From positions 3,342,535 to 3,406,534 of the forward strand of contig NW_019091358.1 in assembly GCF_001949145.1 (NCBI RefSeq): DNA of 64,000 bases, read 5' to 3'. The stretch is from Acanthaster planci (Eukaryota). Below the pieces are notes generated by a model that was not told where the DNA came from, did not search any database, and saw only the letters and a list, made by a program, of their open reading frames with translations. Shown in pieces: positions 29,411 through 40,982 of the stretch (positions within the stretch are counted from its first letter, which is position 1; every line of letters begins with the position of its first letter). Made by a program: the position numbers and the translations under genes.

Positions 29411-29572
29411 CATCAATCGTTCTTGAGCATCAATTGATCATTCCCCGACATCGATCAACCGTACCCTACATCAATCGACCATTCTTCCACATTGATCAAT
29501 GTTCCCTACATGTACATCGATCAATCGTTCCCCTACATCGATCGATCAATCGATTGATCTCTTTTGATCGAT
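29411..29572. repeat. Degenerate ~20-bp minisatellite (CCCTACATCGATCAATCGTT-like)
   Basis: About 7 imperfect units rich in ATCGAT/GATC. Confidence 0.75.
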
Positions 29573-30075
29573 AAAGAAAAAGAGATGAAAAAAGAGCGAT
29601 GACAAAAGTATAATGAAGAAAGACCGATGAAGTTACATCAATGCCAACATTACGCAACCCCTTCCAGTAGCAAATAATACACGTGTTCCCTGTTAACAGC
29701 CCACCAGCACTCAAGGTCACTCGTGTTCATTACCAGTCCATCTGGTCCAGAGCCAATTGGGTTGGCAGGTGGATTTGTTTATTTCTAGTTTCCTCGTCAT
29801 GAAACCACTGAGAATATTATCTATTTTCCCCCTGCTTGGGATGCCAGTTTGTTATGGGTCACTCCCTAGATGTAGATACATGTAGATACATGTACATGTT
29901 CATGTACCAGTAAACAGTATAGAGTTCATGTACAGGTAAATATTTGTTTGCATAATTCCTTTGTTGTCTAGAGCCGGATTTAGGCCCTAGAAACAAAGTT
30001 TCAGATGTTGTTGACTTCAAGATATTATCAACTTCGTTGCGTTCTGTTCTCTTCTTGTCAATTCTTTTGTCCTAA

Positions 30076-30506
30076 CCCCTTCGCGCCGGGAATTTCTTCC
30101 GGAAAGCCGACTCCAAGAATTCCAGCCCCGCTTGGCCACGAAGGCCACCTGCCAAACCGCAAATTCTCGGTTTGTGGCCCTGCGTGCTCTGCACGCTTTG
30201 AACTACACGGTGAAAAGGCAGATTGTAACCCAGAAATGAAAAGACCGAATTTGCATCATACTCACGGCTTCCACATTCCCGTTGCCTCTTTTCAAAGTGG
30301 GGATTATGGTGAAGCTGGTGATTATAATGCAAATTCGGTCTTTTCATTTCTGGGTTACACAGAAAGACCAATTACCATATATACAAGAGCCAGGGTCTGC
30401 CTTCTTTCACTGTGTTCGCTCGAGCGTGGCCAAGAATAATAGCTGAAAAGCGGGCTGAGGATCTCAATTTTTATGGCGTGTCTATCCGCCTCCCGGCACG
30501 AAGGGG
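30076..30506. mobile_element. piggyBac-like MITE
   Basis: 16-bp TIRs CCCCTTCGYGCCGGGA (1 mismatch), flanks CTAA/TTAA, internal ~37-bp near-perfect inverted repeat (~30224-30260 vs ~30322-30359). Confidence 0.85.
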
Positions 30507-33500
30507 TTAATATTCTTCCTTTTGGTACAGTGTACTTGTTAAAAACAAACACGAGCAGTATCCTCATGTGTGTTTGAATAAACCTAAGTGAACCCACCTA
30601 CATGTGTACAAAAGGGATTCTTGACAAAGTTGTCCTATTCGTATCAATCAAAATACAAGTCAAATGACCCTGACGTGCCTGTGTACTGTGGCCAATCAAG
30701 GGGAAGGAGTTTTTGACTGTGACCGTTACAGCAAAAGGAGGGTTAACATGTACGTCTACATGTAACTGAAGCTTTTTGTGTAAAATTATTGCAAAGTTTG
30801 CAGTTTGGGTCTGTTAGTTTACCCTTTGACGAATGACTGGATCTTGGAAATGCACTGTACGTAGTCGGGAGTCGTCCTGAGGCTGGATGCTGTTGCCGCT
30901 CAGGAATGCACGCACTGTACAAAACATGTTGGCCACTGAGTCGACTCAGGTTTCAGGTCTCACCTCACCTTAGCCATGAATTTTTTAATATTGCTCAGAA
31001 GTAATATGCACATGCATGGCGCAGGCACCGGCGCTTGTACATGCACATTGCATGTGAAATGTGCCAGCTATCATACTTGCCTTTTACTGTCACAAATGTT
31101 TATGTACTAAATATGTGGACATGTTACATGTATGTAAAGTTCTCAAAGATGCTGAAAGATGAATGAAGGCATGAAAAGAATTTAAAATTATTTCTAAAAA
31201 ACGAAAGAAAAGCCGTGGACAGCATTTACGGTACATGTAGATTTGATTTCATTATCATGGTTTTCAAATGCCATCCATGCATCCCATTGACCCTCATGAA
31301 ATCCGTGCCTTTGATGCACAGTTGACTATGACGGCAAATTTGGTAAACAGCTTGGTATATTGCATGTATTGATATTGGATTTTCAATGTGTCTGTACTTG
31401 TGCACTTGGCTACAGCTAAATACCGGTAGGATAATAAGCATCTGTTTTCATGATACAGATACATGTAGGTATACAAGGACACTGTGTTTAATTGGCATGC
31501 ACATGTGCAGCATCTAGTCCCAAGCATCTCGCAGATACTCTCCAACGCTACACCTCATTTAAGACGGTTTGATGGACCAGACCTTTATTGAATTGAGCAC
31601 TGTGATAAGTGCATGGATGTCTGCCCGATGATTGAGAAAGAGCTTCTTCTTGGAGGCAAATGTCAGACCAAAGATTGTAAAGACAACATGAACATGTCAC
31701 ACTTAGCGGGGACATGTACCGTAAACAGGTTTTGCCTGTGCAGTAAAGCACTCTTTTTTTATTTATTTGAAGAGTCAAAGTTTGCAGAAGTATCCTTGGT
31801 TGGTGTCAAATTTTACCTCAAATGTACATTTACATGTACATATGTGTACGCTGTTACTTTTAAAGAGGCTGTTAAATGTACCGGTATTTTCATAGCATTT
31901 AGTAGTAGTGATTTCTGTTTGTCACTTTAAAAGTCTTACAGTGAGTTATTTTGTGCTTTTTTTTCTGACAGCCAGCCATAGTTTCACAAGCTACTGGTTT
32001 GCAAAATAGGATGCTGACATAAAAAGAGCAGACCTTATCCGCTCCGTGCGGAACAAAAGAGAGCTTGGGTTTTTTTTTCCTCACCACATAGGCGCGCCAT
32101 GATGCGTGCAAGTATGTACGCATTTGACGCGAAGCACGCTGAGTACGCATAACTAATTTATTCCGGCATGTATGGTCTTTGCGTCCATGCAAAACGCGTG
32201 CAAGAACCCGCTTGTAACCACCTGTCTTTCTTTCGCCAACGGGGGGGGGTACATTCAGCTCGAGGCGGATTGACAATAAGGCATTTTTCTACAAACTTGA
32301 TTCTCAACGGTCACATTCACACCGAAGAGTAGTGCTGTAGCGATAATTCTTGCCATTCTCCCCGGGTTGCAGCGGCCACTCTAGAGCTGGACAGCGAGGG
32401 CTTGTGATGCCACCCGGCTGGACAACTGTGCTCTTTTATCTGTCAATGTTGACCTCAATCATTCACACTGGGCGTGCAGAAATAGATCAGATACATGTAC
32501 ATTGGCTTGTGATCTCATCAAAGGTTGCCACTGGCGGGGGGGGGGGAGCTGTGTGCAGTAATCCTGTCCTGGATTAAAACCCTTGGTGTTGTTGAATTCA
32601 TGCCAGCCATTAAGGCGGGTGTAAATCATGGACAATTGAAAACAGTAAAATGTACCTTTTTACATGCCCAGGAAACATTTGTACAACATACGGGAGCATA
32701 GGAAAACATTCATTTCACTGCTAAGTCCTTTTGACAGACGTACATGGATACTGTACTTGTAACGTTAAATCTAGTCTTTTTAGCTGGTGTGAGTTGCTTG
32801 TTTTCTCACTCCATGGTTCTAATTGTGTCCAGTTCTTTTTTAATGTTAAATATGAAGAGTGCTTGTACTGGAACATATACATGTACATGCACATGTATGC
32901 CATTTATTGTACATGTATGTACCTGGATATATATGTACATGTAGTGGAAAACTGTTATGACAACATCCCTGGGGACTTCACAAATTACCTTGTCTAACAG
33001 GTGCCTCACATTGTCAGTAACAGAAAACAAAGGAAAGCAAAGACTTGGGACATAAAATTGTCCTTGTTATAAGCATGACATGGAATAATAGTGCTGCTCT
33101 TACCAGCGTTTGACTGTAAACAGTTATTTGTAATGCATTACTGGAACTTTTGAAGGGTAAGTGCAAGTTTTGACATTGCACAGCTTTGAATTGAAATTTA
33201 AAAGAAATGTCTCTTTAGGGGTTCTTTATGCGGATGCAAAGAAAGGTTTTGATCGTACCAGACAGTGTTTTCACCCCCAAAACTTGCGAGGCCCTCAGCA
33301 GGCCCCATGCCCCTAACTTACAAGTAGAGCTGCCTGGTAGGACTTCCATCTCTGTGCCTGCTTCTTCATGTACATGTTCATAAAACAGTTTGAAACCTTA
33401 GTGGCCCAGTCTTATGGAATGTGTTCGCTCAGATGCTTGAACAAGGTTTAAGTTTCAGGACTGAGAACTAATCTTTTACCGTGGAAATTAATACTACCAA

Positions 33501-33735
33501 TAGAAACTGTCAGTCGTGTCTCATGTGTACATGTACATGTGCCTTTGGACTCGTCAGATGGCCTCATTTCCAAACAGAGAGCCTGTTGTACATGTACATG
33601 TGCGTTCTGTCACGTCATGTGAAACACCTCTGATTAAGAAAATGCATCACGAAGGCTCGTCTTTGGAGGGGAGGGGTTTTCTCGTCACAATTGTTCACCT
33701 TATTTTTTTGTTTTGTTTTTTGTTGACTGTTACAG

Positions 33736-33884
33736 AAGGAATACCGCAAGTCTACTACTTTGGGCCCTGCGGCAAATACAATGCAATGGTCATGGAGCTG
33801 ATGGGACCCAGTCTGGAGGATCTCTTTGACATCTGCGATAGGCAATTCTCGTTAAAGACAGTCCTCCTTATAGCTATCCAGCTG
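33736..33884 (+). CDS. CSNK1G: Casein kinase 1 gamma, internal coding exon (149 bp; [50 protein letters not shown])
   Basis: tacag acceptor, gtgagt donor. CK1 GPSLEDLF motif. Lies inside ORF 33516..33905. Confidence 0.96.
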
Positions 33885-34163
33885 GTGAGTACAGACAAGG
33901 CTTGATTTTCAAACGCTGGGCCAGTTGTGTAAATCTTTGCAGCTTGCAGAAATCTCCTCCCCCCCACAAAAAGGCTTTGTGGGAAACAGTACCGGCTGAC
34001 AATGTCGTGTAATTTGTGTTAACCTTGGTTAGATCTCTGCTGTGTTACTGTGGTTCTGTCAGCATGTTTTTGATATCTGTTTCTGCCCCAAAGGCTCAAC
34101 CTGTTCATCCAATTTTCTCATCCAAGTGCCGATTCTTTCCCACAATTTCATCCATTAGACTGC

Positions 34164-34196
34164 TTGTTTTGTTTTGTTTTGTTTTGTTTTGTTTTT
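34164..34196. repeat. (TTTTG)n microsatellite
   Basis: About 6 units. Confidence 0.9.
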
Positions 34197-34199
34197 ATA

Positions 34200-34373
34200 C
34201 AGGGGTGTTGTGATTTCAGCTTGCTAGCTGATTTCAGCGTTTTTTGTGTAAATGTTGACCCTGAATTTCAGCTTTCATGTACACCTGGTCGTACAGAAGT
34301 ATGGGACCTTTTTTATTTCAGCTTTTTGCTGGCGGCTTTCAGCTTTAACTTTAAGTGGCCACTCACACCCCTG
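34200..34373. mobile_element. Small hAT-like MITE with apparent 6-bp TSD
   Basis: TIR CAGGGGTGT/ACACCCCTG, TTTATA on both flanks, internal TTTCAGC repeats. Confidence 0.65.
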
Positions 34374-34496
34374 TTTATAGGAATCAACTGAGCAGTCTTA
34401 CATGTACATGCGGTTTTGATTCCTAGCTACTAGCTTGATTTATGCTTCTTCAGGTTAACCTATTGCTACACTGCTGAATCAATCGGAAGACTACTG

Positions 34497-34640
34497 ACCT
34501 GTTTGTTTCACACCAATCCGGATCTTGATCAGCGGTCCCAGACGCTGGTTTGCTCTATCCATTTAGTTGGATTCTGGTGTCAGTGAACCAGCAAGGGATT
34601 ACTGATCCAGATCTGGATCTGTGAGTAACAAGCAGGCCCT
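34497..34640. mobile_element. Short degraded palindromic MITE (Harbinger-like)
   Basis: acctgtttgtttcacaccaatccggatcttgatcag pairs imperfectly with ctgatccagatctggatctgtgagtaacaagcaggcc. Confidence 0.5.
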
Positions 34641-35875
34641 GCATTATCTACTTGCAATGCACATTTTACATCAGTACTAGTAGTAGTACACATTTGGGAG
34701 CAGGGTAAACTTACATGTACCTGTACTTCAACATGTACATGTCCATGTACCGGTACATGTAAGGCCTACTTTTGTTGCTTCTCATAAATTTGAAGGAGCT
34801 GCAGTGTACCTTACACAATGTGTAAAGCACAGCAAACTGTTGCTCATGCACATGTTCATGTGGTCAAACAGGGTACTTTCCCTGACTGGTACATGTACTC
34901 AGTCGGCATTTGCTTAGCACTTCAGCTACTTGTATAGTTGTACTTACATGTACAGTACAAGTAATGTACATGTACATAGCATACTGTAAATAATGCAGGC
35001 GTGGATTAGGGAGGGGGAATGTTGACAAAAAGAGGGAAGGGAAAAGAGATAAGGTGGCTCAGACAGTCCTATTCTAGGTGTCGCCCTCAAAAAGTTACTG
35101 ATGGCATACTTATTCGTGGTATTCTTGTTTTCACCGTTGGTTAGATACGTGCTTGTTTTGAGAATGTACATGTACTGGTAGGCCTTCTGGTACATGTACA
35201 TATAACATAATTTTTCCATTTAACTGGTTTGTGGTAAAGTTTCTAATTTTGTAACTTCGGCTGTTAATTTGTGTGTTCCCAGTATGGCCTCAGGTCATAA
35301 AGAGGTCAAATAATTATTACTCGAGAGAAAAAAATCCCATTAAGTTAGCGTACAGGATGATATTTCATTTGTTATATTGCATGTGCCGGACATAGAAAGA
35401 TGATATTTTTATTTTGCCAGGCAAATCCGATCTGGGGGCAGCCCATTCAAAGAAAAACTAAGATATATGTAATCCATGATAGATGGTGTGACCAGCCGAC
35501 TGGCACAAATGATATCCACAAGGGCCGCATCTGCAGCAATAGCAGTCGTAATGACAGCATTCAGCTGGGATGTAGTGACACTTGATGGGTGGACTGTGTA
35601 CTGCCTGGCTGCTCACAGACATGAACGTGTACGAACCATCTGTACAGCTGAATCTGATTGCCCTCCTGAGAATCAGTGTGCATGGGAAATGTACAGTGCA
35701 CATGTACAAGTACATCTGTTGTACATTGACCAATGGATTGCTTGCGTTCCTTGCTTTGTTGCATTGTGTACCATATTTGTGTTGATGAGAGGTCGTCTTT
35801 CATGTTTGTATACTTCTCAAAAGACTTGACTGACCCTCACTGTTAAGGGCAGTACACTCTGCTCACTGAGACGGT

Positions 35876-36740
35876 TTCTCTCAGAACTGTACAGACTCAA
35901 AAAGGGATCAACTGCCATGTTGTAGCATTGCCACAAATTCTCTCAGAACTGTACAGACTCAAAAAAGGGATCAACTGCCACGTANNNNNNNNNNNNNNNN
36001 NNNNNNNNNNNNNNNNNNNNNNNNNNNNNNNNNNNNNNNNNNNNNNNNNNNNNNNNNNNNNNNNNNNNNNNNNNNNNNNNNNNNNNNNNNNNNNNNNNNN
36101 NNNNNNNNNNNNNNNNNNNNNNNNNNNNNNNNNNNNNNNNNNNNNNNNNNNNNNNNNNNNNNNNNNNNNNNNNNNNNNNNNNNNNNNNNNNNNNNNNNNN
36201 NNNNNNNNNNNNNNNNNNNNNNNNNNNNNNNNNNNNNNNNNNNNNNNNNNNNNNNNNNNNNNNNNNNNNNNNNNNNNNNNNNNNNNNNNNNNNNNNNNNN
36301 NNNNNNNNNNNNNNNNNNNNNNNNNNNNNNNNNNNNNNNNNNNNNNNNNNNNNNNNNNNNNNNNNNNNNNNNNNNNNNNNNNNNNNNNNNNNNNNNNNNN
36401 NNNNNNNNNNNNNNNNNNNNNNNNNNNNNNNNNNNNNNNNNNNNNNNNNNNNNNNNNNNNNNNNNNNNNNNNNNNNNNNNNNNNNNNNNNNNNNNNNNNN
36501 NNNNNNNNNNNNNNNNNNNNNNNNNNNNNNNNNNNNNNNNNNNNNNNNNNNNNNNNNNNNNNNNNNNNNNNNNNNNNNNNNNNNNNNNNNNNNNNNNNNN
36601 NNNNNNNNNNNNNNNNNNNNNNNNNNNNNNNNNNNNNNNNNNNNNNNNNNNNNNNNNNNNNNNNNNNNNNNCTGTGCAGACTCAAAAAACGGATCAACTG
36701 CGGGGAAGGGAACAACGTAGTACCAGTAGCATTGCCACCA
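35876..36740. repeat. ~62-bp tandem repeat array spanning the assembly gap
   Basis: TCAGAACTGTACAGACTCAAAA at 35881 and 35943. The same unit resumes at 36672 after the Ns. Confidence 0.8.
35985..36671. other. Assembly gap (687 N)
   Basis: Run of n characters. Confidence 1.
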
Positions 36741-38889
36741 AGCAGACGTATTCAAGTTTTACCATGTCATGATACTGTCTACACAAGCCTAAGTGCACAG
36801 TGTATTTCAAGACGTGGCATGGCAACTTTGAATTGAGTTACGAGACCCAGAAATTTTTAAAAAGTGCATTTTTCTTGAAATGTAAAATAAACGTGCCGAG
36901 CATTCACCACAAATTGTTCGCTACTCATCTTAATTTTTTCAGGAATTACATGTATGTCGCTTCAAACAAAACTTGTGCACAAATGACAAATTGTCCATTC
37001 TACATGTGCTACATGTACCCGTGCCTTAAAGTTTTTTAATCGAAAAAATAAATTTGTCGTCTGTTAAATACATTTTCCAATGTGTTTAATCAGAACAACA
37101 ACAAATGATCCACTCAACATGTGTACTCTGTACTTTTACTTTAGTAGATGAGAAAAAAAAACACATTTAAATCTGTTAAATACTTGGTTTTTATATGGAC
37201 CTCAAATCTGAATGACTGTACCTTGTGCATGTTTATTGACACCATCTGCCATCCACATGAGACACAGTTGAGTGCCTGATCCCAAGTCAGGAAGTTAATT
37301 CATAATGTACATTGACATGTACCGGTGGATGCATTTTCCAATACCATTCTAAATACGCAGCCAAGTCAAAAAGCTGTCAACGCTGCATTTCCTACATGTA
37401 CTTGCATGCAGCTGCATGTTGGCCAAACACTTCAACCGCATGTGAAAGTTCCACTAACCGTGAATCATATTACATAGAGATTCCCTTCCTTAATCCTAAA
37501 CCAGCTGCAGAATTTTGATACTTTCTCAGAACAGAAAGAAATTGGGAGACATTGTCCTTCACATCAGTCATTTAAACATACCCATGCCAAATACTCAGTC
37601 CGCACAACACTCACGTACTGGTACGTGTGTGTTTATGTCATCTGCATACTGTAGATCTTTCAACTGTGATCATTTCACGTTAATACATGCACTGAAAGTG
37701 TCAGAATGTACGTATACACAGGGGACGGTACATAATACACCATGCAAATGTGTAGGTGTAGATGCTGTGCTTAGCAAGTCCATGTACATGTACACCACAC
37801 CATAGTACTTCACGTGGCAGAAGAGGATGGAATGCATTACACAGCTTCATGTAAACAAACCTGCTGAGCAAAATTGGTCCATGATGAAATTGGTCAGCAG
37901 AAACGATGCACCTGTGACATGATGCAGTAAAACCTAATCAATGCCACCACCCTGGGAAAATGAAACTGCCTTCATCTGGCTGGACCTGGGGACATTAATT
38001 AAGCACAATTAAACACTCTTGGGCCAATTATTTGCTTAACTGATGTACATGTACATGGATTGTGCCTGGCAGTACAAGGCAAACACCTGTAAGGGGACAG
38101 ATTAAAGGGGCTGTATCATACATGTACAGTGTACTTGTACGTAGATAAAGGTGCCACAGACTGCTCATTGTGGACAGAGCCTGTTGCAGATTTCTGAAAA
38201 CAGGACGGGTTGAATTGAAGAGCAGAAAGAGATTGCAGTTTGTCTTAAATCCCAACCCCCCCTCCTTGAAAATACACAAATGTATGAAGGGTTTTGTAAG
38301 ATTCAGAAAGTTACCGTTAGAACTGAGTTGTAGTCATTGTAAACATGGTAAGACGGGCCTTGGAAGTTCAAGATTAACGAAAGAGTGTACCACTGATTCC
38401 CTGTATGGTGGAAGAATTTAGAAGACTGAGGATTTTTTTTTTTCAAAAAGTGCTGATGGAGGTAGCGGTAGTAGGATTAAGGGGCCTTTGGCAATATTCA
38501 CTCAAAACTGGATCATTATTAGAAGTAAAAGGACATGCACCAATAGGAAAAAGATAATTTGAGCAGATGGTTAGCCCTATCCATCAAAAACATTCCCAGG
38601 CAGCTCACTGGCCAAGTGCTACTGGTACCTGTGCAATGACACCCAGGGGCAGGTGTATTTAGTGTACGCTTACATTACATGTAGTCTTCTGCTCTAGTTT
38701 CAGGGCTTGGCAAGAAGAATAAAAAAAACTGAAGTTTGGATATTTGAAGGGCTCCAAATTAGTGGGTGTAGGTAGCTAAAAAGCACCCGTTTGTCTCATA
38801 AATGCAGCCCTAAATGATAAAGAAAAGCGCAAGTACTAACACCCGCTCATTTCTGTTCTTGCCATGAAAAAATACCTGAGCTTTTTTAC

Positions 38890-39788
38890 TTCAGTTTACC
38901 CCTGTCGTGGAACGACAACATGGGTACAATTTTTTTGCGATGTCACCGAGTGCAGCAGGCTCACATGCATGCACACACACAGCGCGTTTTGCATGCCATG
39001 GCCAGGACACTGAACAGTACTGGAGCTCTGTAATGCACGCAACTGAATCTACTGTACTTGCGCGCATGTGCAGTACGTGCGTGTAGTGATACGTATCTGC
39101 TGTGTGGCCAGCTCCAAGCGCAAGCCTTGTGTGTAAAGAGCACCCTGGGATCATCCGGTCATTGTGTTGTGATTGGCCGCCCTCGACACATGAGTGGGAC
39201 TCATTACAGCTGTTCCTGCATGAGCGGAAGTAGTGACTAACAATCTCCACTATAACTCGCGGTAGCACACACTTCACTGGGAATATAGGGCTTGAAATAA
39301 TAGAGGGTTTCGTGACAACTGGCGTGGGGCGCTGAAAGTTACTTGTCATGCATCAACATGGCGCTCTCTCGGGATACTCTTGTTCATGTTGTAGTTGCGA
39401 TGCAAAAAGATCGTCACCCAGGAAAACGCTTATCAGCAGCATGAAAAACAAAATGGCGTTGTCAGCACACACATGCGGTTACATACAACTCGTTGTTTAC
39501 AAGAAAGTGCACCAGAGGAAGCTTGTTACGTAACTCTAGGTCACTGTGATGGCTAAAACTGGATGCATTTTAGCTAAAACCGTCTAGACACCGTACTAAT
39601 TTTAAAACCATTTCAGTTTAGTGCTAAACCCTCCCTCCGAGGTGTTTTAAGTCACCGTTTTATCTCTGAGATAAGACTGATTCGATGTAACTTTAAAAGC
39701 GTCTAGACGTCGTTTTAGTGCAGAAGTTACACCGAATTGGGTGTAACTACCGTTTTTAGCAAATTTAAAACGGTGCCTGAACGTAGCC
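38890..39788. mobile_element. Partial PIF/Harbinger-like element, only one terminus recognisable
   Basis: Right end reads GGCTACGTTCAGGCACCG on -, with subterminal GTCTAGAC and TTTTAG/CTAAAA repeats (39550-39780) and a CpG-rich interior. Left boundary is a guess. Confidence 0.35.
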
Positions 39789-40747
39789 TATAGCAGGAAA
39801 TTATGCCACTGCTTGAGATCTATTTCATGGTGTGCACATGCTATTATTGAGCATGCGGAGACTTCTAATGTAAAGTCTTGGATTTTTAAGCAAGTCTGTG
39901 CCACAGAGTTGAGCAGGTTTTGCTGGGCTTACTGCTTGACTGTCTCCTTGATATAGACCCAGGCTCTGTTAGCATAAAATGAGCTGTTAAACCAGTGCCA
40001 AACAATATGTCTTTCTTTTGGGCAGGTGAACAAAATGTTCAAGCACGTACAAGGAATGATATTTGCCAGGAGTGATTACCTTTGCTGGGTTGAAACAGGA
40101 GGGCATACCCTCCATTGTGTTTTTGCAGTACGATGAATCACGTGAGCCACTCAAGTATTTTTCCTCACTTCAGCATCTTGTTTTCAACAACTCGTGCTTG
40201 TGTGCAGTGTAGTCGTCAGTGGCTTTGCACTTAAGTCTCAGCTCTGTCAAATTGCTTCACCAGGGACTAGAGATTGACACTGTGAATGTGTGCATTCCTC
40301 TGTGACACAGTAATGCGTCCTGCTAAGCGATTACTGTCCACATGAATTGGGAAATGAAGTTCTGCCAAAGATGTCAGCAGTTGCACCATTAAGATAAAAG
40401 TTATTTAAGGTGGTCGTTATCCCTTAGCCCCAGGTCAGCTCTCTACTGTTGTTTATTTTTCAGTGTTGTGTCAAATTGTTGGGTTTTTTTTTAGACCAAG
40501 AATAATATTCTCATCGCATTAAACTTTCTTCTGCCAGCAACTGGTAGTGAACTTGAACATTATACTCATGTAGAATTGACGTGAATTCTGATGGGTATTA
40601 TTTTCCTTTCTTTTTTTTTTTGGTTCTGCCCATCATATCATTCACAATGCCTACTTATTTTTCAGTCCCTGATGACCACATCACATGTAGCTATTCCTCT
40701 TCATTAGAAATTTCTCTTCATGTTTTTCCTTCTCTTTTACTTTCTAG

Positions 40748-40982
40748 CTTCACAGAATAGAGTATGTACATAGTAAGCACTTGATCTACCGTGACATCAA
40801 ACCGGAGAACTTTCTGATTGGCCGGCAGTCCAGCAAGAGCCAGAACACCATTCACATCATCGACTTTGGCCTAGCCAAGGAGTACATCGACCCCGAAACC
40901 AACAAGCACATTCCCTACCGGGAGCACAAGAGCCTGACCGGCACAGCGCGCTACATGAGCATCAACACCCACCTGGGAAAAG
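40748..40982 (+). CDS. CSNK1G: Casein kinase 1 gamma, catalytic exon (235 bp; [25 protein letters not shown]...[10 protein letters not shown]...[17 protein letters not shown])
   Basis: tttctag acceptor, gtcaga donor. YRDIKPEN catalytic loop, DFG and the CK1-specific SIN motif. Confidence 0.97.

Noticed and set aside
13596..33735. Duplicated or mutually exclusive CK1-gamma exons, or a nested protein gene, in the 20-kb intron
   Set aside because: None found by eye, and the flanking exons join in frame. Small exons could have been missed.
35876..36740. CRISPR-like array
   Set aside because: Head-to-tail tandem units with no unique spacers, no cas genes and a eukaryotic intron context.
35897..36836. 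The longest ORFs in the track (270-302 aa)
   Set aside because: Artefacts of translating through the N gap.
38891..39349. 152-aa minus-strand ORF as a Harbinger transposase
   Set aside because: Only a faint VLPR resemblance, with no HTH or DDE motifs.
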